This document shows, piece after piece, positions 59,044 to 64,000 of a stretch of DNA of 64,000 nucleotides. Location of the stretch: assembly GCA_944387385.1 (NCBI GenBank), contig CALXES010000001.1, positions 86,641 through 150,640 on the forward strand, read 5' to 3'. This DNA comes from an uncultured Clostridia bacterium. GTDB lineage: Bacteria > Bacillota > Clostridia > TANB77 > CAG-465. Each line of letters opens with the position of its first letter. Positions within the stretch are counted from its first letter, which is position 1. The notes under the pieces are model-generated. The model searched no databases, had not been told where the DNA came from, and saw only the letters and a program-made list of their open reading frames with translations. A program made the position numbers and the translations under genes.

Positions 59044-59077
59044 AAAGAAGATTTTTTATTAAAATCTTCTTTTTTTA
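59044..59077. terminator. Bidirectional terminator between convergent genes
   Basis: 12-bp stem AAAGAAGATTTT / AAAATCTTCTTT flanked by A and T runs. Confidence 0.75.
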
Positions 59078-59080
59078 TAG

Positions 59081-59824
59081 TTATACCTCTTTAAAACCAG
59101 AGCGTCCCCAAAGCCATAGAGGAGTGTGAATATCAATTGGTGCAAATTTTGTTCCTTGTAAAATTTTATTCCAATTATTTATGCAGATAATTTGAGCATT
59201 TGAAGAATTAAATTCTTTTTCTGTTATAATTTCAAGCTTTACACTTGAGCGAAGAACATGTATATCTGGCGCAATGGTTAAAGCTTCACGATTAATATAT
59301 TTTATGTCAGTATATTGATACATAACATACATCCAGTAATTACATAGTTTGTTGCCAGATAGATATGGAAATTCTTTTTTATGTTCAACTTGCATGTAGT
59401 TTCTAATTTTATTTACATCAAAATTATTTGTTTTAAATAAATTTCTTATATCTCCATTTAGTAATTCTTCAATAGTATTACATAGGTTAATCCATATTTT
59501 AGTTTGTTTGTCTTTTTGAAGAGCTAGTCTGTATTTTATTAATGCCTTTTGTACATCTTCAAAAGAAGAATTAATAACAGCTTTTGTATTAAATACAAAA
59601 TTAGTTTCTGGATCATCGTATGTTTTTTTTGCACTTTCCCATAATTTATATGAGTTTCTTTGATAATTTAGTGACATTGGAAGAGTAAAGTATAGATAGT
59701 TTTCTAAACTGTCTATTTTAAGTGATGGATTTTCATCTTCTGGCATAATTTCACCACCTAATTTTCCTTCATTGTATGCGTTATATAGTTTTTCAATTTT
59801 TTCTAGTTTTTGTTGTTTTGTCAT
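59081..59824 (-). CDS. Hypothetical protein (weak resemblance to a helix-hairpin-helix glycosylase-like fold)
   Basis: 247-aa ORF with a GGAG RBS. The LSGNKLCNYWMYVM...IAPDIHVLRS region is only loosely HhH-like, so no function is claimed. Confidence 0.55.
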   Translation of the reverse strand: MTKQQKLEKIEKLYNAYNEGKLGGEIMPEDENPSLKIDSLENYLYFTLPMSLNYQRNSYKLWESAKKTYDDPETNFVFNTKAVINSSFEDVQKALIKYRLALQKDKQTKIWINLCNTIEELLNGDIRNLFKTNNFDVNKIRNYMQVEHKKEFPYLSGNKLCNYWMYVMYQYTDIKYINREALTIAPDIHVLRSSVKLEIITEKEFNSSNAQIICINNWNKILQGTKFAPIDIHTPLWLWGRSGFKEV

Positions 59825-59880
59825 TTTATTATCTCCTTAGTAGCTATATTATATCAAAAAAGCAATAAAAAAAGAATGCC

Positions 59881-60252
59881 TTATTTGACATTCTTTAAAC
59901 ATTCAGGGCATATGCCATGAAATTCTAGAGTATGACTTGTAATATTAAATCCAGTTTCTTTTTTTATTTTTCTTGCTATCTTATCTAAGTCACACATATC
60001 TGTTGAGTAAGCATTATTGCAATTATCACAAATTAGATAGTGTTTGTGTTCGTTATTTGCTAGCTCATAATATGCTATTTTGTCTTGACGAACAACTTTT
60101 GTGACTAGATCTTTTTCTACAAGATTATTAAGTGTCCTATAGACTGTAGAAAGATTAACGTCTATATCTTGTGAAACATCATTATAAATTTCCTCGGCAG
60201 TTAATGAATTTGGCGAATTTTTTATTACATTAAAAATTATATCTTTTTTCAT
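59881..60252 (-). CDS. Fur-family metalloregulator (Zur/PerR/Fur-like)
   Basis: 123 aa. wHTH TVYRTLNNLVEKDLV, HKHYLICDNCNN and a C-terminal CPEC structural-zinc motif. Confidence 0.85.
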   Translation of the reverse strand: MKKDIIFNVIKNSPNSLTAEEIYNDVSQDIDVNLSTVYRTLNNLVEKDLVTKVVRQDKIAYYELANNEHKHYLICDNCNNAYSTDMCDLDKIARKIKKETGFNITSHTLEFHGICPECLKNVK

Positions 60253-60253
60253 A

Positions 60254-61120
60254 TTATATCACCCTCACAATACAATCAATAATAATTCCACTAAATACAC
60301 CAATAAAATATACAAGTCCAAGTATTTTTAAATTTTCTTTTAAGTTCTTGTTTGTCTTAAAAAGTATTATTGTTCCAACTCCGGCACCAGTAGAAAGACC
60401 AGCTATAATTGCTCCTAGACTAAGACTTCCTTCTATATATAAAGTAGTAAGTAGAACAGATGCAGCACAATTTGGTATTAGTCCTATAATACTTGCAACA
60501 AATGGCTGAAGTATTGAACCAGATAAAATAATTTTTTTGAAATTTTCATTTCCAATATATTCTACTATTATATTTATAATGAAAGTTATAACGAGTAAAA
60601 AGAAGAATATACTAAGCGTGTGTCGAATACTTGATTTCAATATTCCATGTTCACAGTCACAGTGTTTACACATATCGTGCATATGTTCATGCATTGAATC
60701 TTTATCAAACTGACTCTTTGTCTTTTTCCTTTTATTTATTATAACATCTATAATAGTACCAGCAACTATTGCAATAATTAGTTTTGCGATTAGTATAATA
60801 ATTAGTTCCCCAGTTTTCTCAGGGTAAGTAAGCATTATAGGTATTAATTCGTCAGAAGTTGCAAGAAATACTGCAATAAGTGTTCCTACAGTGATTACTC
60901 TACTTGAAAATAGATTAGCTGCTACAGCAGAAAATCCACATTGAGGTATTATACCGAGTAGTGCTCCTACTACTTTACTATACTTGCCAGAGGTAGACAA
61001 TGCTTTTTCTAATTTTTGAGATGATTTGTGTTCTATGTACTCGATTAATAAGTAAGATATAAATAGAAAAGGTAATATTTTAATCGAGTCAATAATCGTC
61101 TCACTAATTATATCAATCAT
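60254..61120 (-). CDS. Polytopic permease with a His/Cys-rich cytoplasmic loop (putative metal transporter, ArsP_2/DUF-type)
   Basis: 288 aa with ~8-10 TM segments. Central loop DSMHEHMHDMCKHCDCEHG. The stop abuts the Fur-family gene start (1-nt gap), so the two form one operon. Confidence 0.7.
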   Translation of the reverse strand: MIDIISETIIDSIKILPFLFISYLLIEYIEHKSSQKLEKALSTSGKYSKVVGALLGIIPQCGFSAVAANLFSSRVITVGTLIAVFLATSDELIPIMLTYPEKTGELIIILIAKLIIAIVAGTIIDVIINKRKKTKSQFDKDSMHEHMHDMCKHCDCEHGILKSSIRHTLSIFFFLLVITFIINIIVEYIGNENFKKIILSGSILQPFVASIIGLIPNCAASVLLTTLYIEGSLSLGAIIAGLSTGAGVGTIILFKTNKNLKENLKILGLVYFIGVFSGIIIDCIVRVI

Positions 61121-61140
61121 TTCATCCTCCTAAAAAAATA

Positions 61141-61155
61141 CGCAAATCATTTGCG
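61141..61155. promoter_or_regulatory. Candidate operator: perfect 7-1-7 palindrome
   Basis: CGCAAAT-C-ATTTGCG. Located between the -10 and the RBS of the minus-strand permease/Fur operon. Confidence 0.55.
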
Positions 61156-61163
61156 AGTACACT

Positions 61164-61192
61164 ATTATATAAAAAATTTTTCATATTGTCAA
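61164..61192 (-). promoter_or_regulatory. Promoter of the permease/Fur operon (perfect sigma-A consensus on the minus strand)
   Basis: The minus strand reads TTGACA, 17 nt, TATAAT. Confidence 0.75.
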
Positions 61193-61297
61193 GATATTAA
61201 TTAAAAATAGTTGTAAAGTTTACAAAAAAATAGTGAAAAAATGTATTTATTTGCTAAAATTATGCTAAATATCAACAATAACTGACCAATTGGACAA

Positions 61298-61326
61298 TTG
61301 ACAACAAATTATTAAAATAGTATAAT
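61298..61326 (+). promoter_or_regulatory. Promoter of the acyl-CoA ligase gene (perfect sigma-A consensus)
   Basis: TTGACA, 17 nt, TATAAT. Confidence 0.75.
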
Positions 61327-61355
61327 ACAATAAGATATAGAGAGGAGAAACTTAT

Positions 61356-63248
61356 ATGATGAGTTTAAGAGATTTCAAGGTTCCAGATTTTAAATTTCCA
61401 AAATTCAAAATGAAAAATATTGATAAAATAGACGATTTAACAGAAGAAGCAAAAAAGAAAGGTAAAACAAAAGGATATAAACCAGGAGATCCAATACCAG
61501 AACCAATCAGATATGAAACTATGCAGGATGTATTTAAAGATGTTACTGTAAAGTTTAAAGATAATGTATTAATTACTCAAAAATTTGATCATAAAGGAAA
61601 ATTTGAAGATATTACTTATGGCAAATTTAGAGATGATGTAATTGGATTTGGAACAGGACTTATAGAATATTTAGGTCTTAAAGATAAAAGAGTTGTTATT
61701 ATTTCTGAAACAACTTATGAGTGGTATGTGTCATATATGGCTATGCTTTGTGGAGTAGGTATAGCTGTACCAATGGACAAAGAATTACCAGAAAACGAAT
61801 TTGAAAATCTAGTTAAAAGATCTAACGCATCTGCAATTATATATTCTTCAAGAAAGAAAGAGTTAATAGATAAAGTAAGAGATAGACTTGATGGGATAGA
61901 ATACTTTATTGAGATGTATTCAGATAGTGATTTAAATGGAAAAGATGTAGGATTTGAACAAGTTAAGAAAATAGGAAGCAAATTATATGAAAATGGTAAT
62001 AATTCTTTACTTGATACAAAAATAGATAAAGATGAATTTAAGGTCTTAATATTTACATCTGGAACAACATCAGCATCAAAAGGTGTAATGCTTTGTAATA
62101 GGAATTTAACTGAAAATATATATGCGGCAGGTTCTTATGTTAATGTAAGAGAAGATGATAGACTTTTTTCTGTACTACCTTTACATCATACATATGAATC
62201 AACAATAGGATTTTTATTTCCTTTTGCACGTGGTGCATCTGTTGCTGTATGTGAAGGACTTAAATATATTGTTCCAAATTTAAAAGAAACAAAGCCTACA
62301 GCAATGATTGCTGTACCACTTTTGATCGAAAGTCTATATAAGAAAATTAATCAAACAATTAAAAAAAGTGGAAAAGAGACACTTGTAAATTCTATGATAC
62401 ATGTTACAAATGCTTTAAAACTTGTTGGAATTGATATTAAAAAGAAGGTATTTGCTGAAATCTATGATAATCTAGGAGGAAATATACGTATAATTGTATC
62501 TGCTGCTGCTCCTATAGATAAAAAGATTGGTAAATGGATAGAAGATATAGGAATAGAGTTCTTACAAGGATATGGACTTACAGAAACTGCACCTATTGCT
62601 GCTCTTACACCAGAATCAGATCCTCATATTGGCTCTGTCGGTAAGGCTGTTGTTTGTGCTGAGCTTAAGATAAAAGATCCAAATGAAAATGGTGAAGGTG
62701 AAGTATTAATAAAGAGTTCAACATTAATGCTTGGTTACTATGAAATGGAAGAAGAAACTAAAAAAGCAATTAGTGAAGATGGCTGGTTTAATAGTGGAGA
62801 TGTAGGATATTTAGATAAAGATGGATTTTTATATATTACAGGACGTTCAAAAAATGTAATTGTAACAGCAAATGGTAAAAACATTTATCCAGAAGAAATT
62901 GAATTGGTTCTTGGTAAAATTCCATATATCTCAGAATGTATGGTATATGGTAAGGGTGAAAAAGATGATTTAACAGTTTCTGTTAAAGTAATACCAAATT
63001 ATGAATATATAGCAGAAAATGTAAAAAAAGATATGACTGATGAAGAAATATATAATTTAATTTGGGAAGAGATAAAGAAAGTAAATAAAACTCTAACTTC
63101 ATATAAGGCAATAAAATACTTAGAGATTAAAAAAGATGAGTTTGAAAAGACTACAACTATGAAGATAAAAAGATTTGCTGAGCTAAAAAAAGATGAGGAA
63201 AAAGCAAAATCAAAGAAAGAAAATAAAGCTAAAGAGGCAAAGAAATAA
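61356..63248 (+). CDS. Long-chain fatty acid--CoA ligase (AMP-forming, ANL superfamily)
   Basis: 630 aa. AMP-binding motifs FTSGTTSASKGV, GYGLTET and a C-terminal KIKR. A Lys-rich tail is present. Confidence 0.88.
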   Translation: MMSLRDFKVPDFKFPKFKMKNIDKIDDLTEEAKKKGKTKGYKPGDPIPEPIRYETMQDVFKDVTVKFKDNVLITQKFDHKGKFEDITYGKFRDDVIGFGTGLIEYLGLKDKRVVIISETTYEWYVSYMAMLCGVGIAVPMDKELPENEFENLVKRSNASAIIYSSRKKELIDKVRDRLDGIEYFIEMYSDSDLNGKDVGFEQVKKIGSKLYENGNNSLLDTKIDKDEFKVLIFTSGTTSASKGVMLCNRNLTENIYAAGSYVNVREDDRLFSVLPLHHTYESTIGFLFPFARGASVAVCEGLKYIVPNLKETKPTAMIAVPLLIESLYKKINQTIKKSGKETLVNSMIHVTNALKLVGIDIKKKVFAEIYDNLGGNIRIIVSAAAPIDKKIGKWIEDIGIEFLQGYGLTETAPIAALTPESDPHIGSVGKAVVCAELKIKDPNENGEGEVLIKSSTLMLGYYEMEEETKKAISEDGWFNSGDVGYLDKDGFLYITGRSKNVIVTANGKNIYPEEIELVLGKIPYISECMVYGKGEKDDLTVSVKVIPNYEYIAENVKKDMTDEEIYNLIWEEIKKVNKTLTSYKAIKYLEIKKDEFEKTTTMKIKRFAELKKDEEKAKSKKENKAKEAKK

Positions 63249-63258
63249 TATAATTAAG

Positions 63259-63294
63259 ATACTAGATATTACTAAGAATATCTAGTATTTTTTA
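63259..63294 (+). terminator. Rho-independent terminator
   Basis: Perfect 12-bp stem ATACTAGATATT / AATATCTAGTAT followed by T5. Confidence 0.85.
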
Positions 63295-63337
63295 TATAAT
63301 TTAACATTTTAATATATTAGTAGACAAAAAAGAAAAC

Positions 63338-63366
63338 TTGAAAAATAGTTAAAAATATGGTATAAT
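63338..63366 (+). promoter_or_regulatory. Sigma-A promoter
   Basis: TTGAAA, 17 nt, TATAAT. Confidence 0.6.
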
Positions 63367-63506
63367 AATATTATTATGTTAATAATAACATAAGAAAATA
63401 AGGAGAGTGGAAATCAAAATCGAATAAAAAAATTTTTTAAGCTGATTAAGTGTTTTCAGTCTAATAAAAGCACAAATGATAAGAAAGAATTGGAGAGTGT
63501 TTAAAA

Positions 63507-64000
63507 ATGGAAAGTGCCTCGGGTAAGATTACTCTTAAAAAGGCAACAATGAGCGATATTAAAGAGATCGCAGAATTAATTTATATTACAGAGCCTGAGC
63601 CTGAAGTTGAATGGGGATATGGTTCTGAAAGAGAAATGAAACAAGTATTAGAATCTTTAATGAAAAATAAAAATAATAGATTCTCATTAAAAAACTTTGT
63701 CGTTGCAAAAATCGACGATAAATTAGTCGGTATGGCACTATTAATTAATGGTAAAGATATAAGCAAATTAACAATTAATAGTGAAAAGAAAGTTTTAAAA
63801 TTTCAAAAAGGACTTTTAAATAAATTAGGTTATATTTATTCATCTATAAAAGACTTTTTAGTATATAAAAAAGAATGTGAAGATGATGAATTTTATATAT
63901 CAAACATAGCTATAAAAAAAGAATATAGAGGAAACGGTTATGCAAAAATAATGATAGATAAGATTAGTAAGATGGCTAAGAAAAAAGGGTATAACAAAGT
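63507..64000 (+). CDS. GNAT-family N-acetyltransferase (3' end beyond the window)
   Basis: Not in the track because no stop falls in the window. GGAGAG RBS plus ATG 63507. Translation MESASGKITLKKATMSDIKE...ISNIAIKKEYRGNGYAKIMIDKI contains the R/Q-x-x-G-x-G/A acetyl-CoA motif. Confidence 0.75.
   Translation, partial: MESASGKITLKKATMSDIKEIAELIYITEPEPEVEWGYGSEREMKQVLESLMKNKNNRFSLKNFVVAKIDDKLVGMALLINGKDISKLTINSEKKVLKFQKGLLNKLGYIYSSIKDFLVYKKECEDDEFYISNIAIKKEYRGNGYAKIMIDKISKMAKKKGYNK

Noticed and set aside
902-63766. The remaining short ORFs in the track that lie antisense to, or overlap, strong genes. Examples: 902-1105, 1164-1364, 2445-2657, 3203-3547, 3849-4049, 10323-10553, 14982-15185, 17507-17707, 18717-19244, 20934-21161, 22072-22290, 24151-24348 and 29138-29599. 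Further examples: 31860-32054, 37795-38064, 38009-38239, 38267-38467, 39245-39472, 40329-40523, 50128-50340, 51786-52070, 52413-52613, 56386-56640, 57011-57208, 61715-61981 and 63581-63766.
   Set aside because: Each lies inside or opposite a well-supported gene with clear family motifs. None has a Shine-Dalgarno sequence, and all have odd compositions typical of AT-rich shadow frames.

Overview
This is a 64-kb chromosomal core segment from a very AT-rich, low-GC Gram-positive. By gene content and synteny it looks like a Clostridia-like spore-former; species cannot be assigned without a database search. About 60 protein genes and one tRNA are present, roughly 85% on the + strand, and most are housekeeping: rlmN-stp-prkC, rsgA, rpe, pfkA, lexA, rimO-rho, argS, rpmF, prfB, rsmI-rnhB-xth, fba, pnp, glyQS, cdaA, greA-lysS, trmL and tRNA-Met(CAU). 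No CRISPR array, IS element, integrase or prophage was seen. Departures from an ordinary core region: (1) A 3.3-kb four-gene cassette (radical SAM, SAM methyltransferase, guanylate-kinase-like, DUF402 NDPase-like) sits between prkC and rsgA, which are normally adjacent; two of its four genes are frameshifted. (2) A 5.9-kb gene encodes a roughly 1950-aa surface adhesin with 10 MucBP-like modules, a 705-bp higher-order tandem repeat whose first two copies are almost identical, an NIDTG-type sorting signal, and an abrupt intragenic codon-usage switch near 42170. That switch also explains three very long antisense pseudo-ORFs. (3) Three uncommon in-frame gene fusions occur: Rpe+AlkD-like glycosylase, uracil permease+UPRTase, and P-loop+Asp23-like. 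(4) A leader-peptide plus terminator attenuator candidate lies upstream of the uracil permease-UPRTase gene. (5) A Fur-family regulator and a His/Cys-rich permease form an operon with a perfect 7-1-7 palindrome at the predicted transcription start. (6) The cdaA locus lacks the usual cdaR/glmM partners. (7) All four frameshifts fall in three accessory genes and none in housekeeping genes. All functional calls rest on motifs read by eye from the translations; no searches or computations were run.
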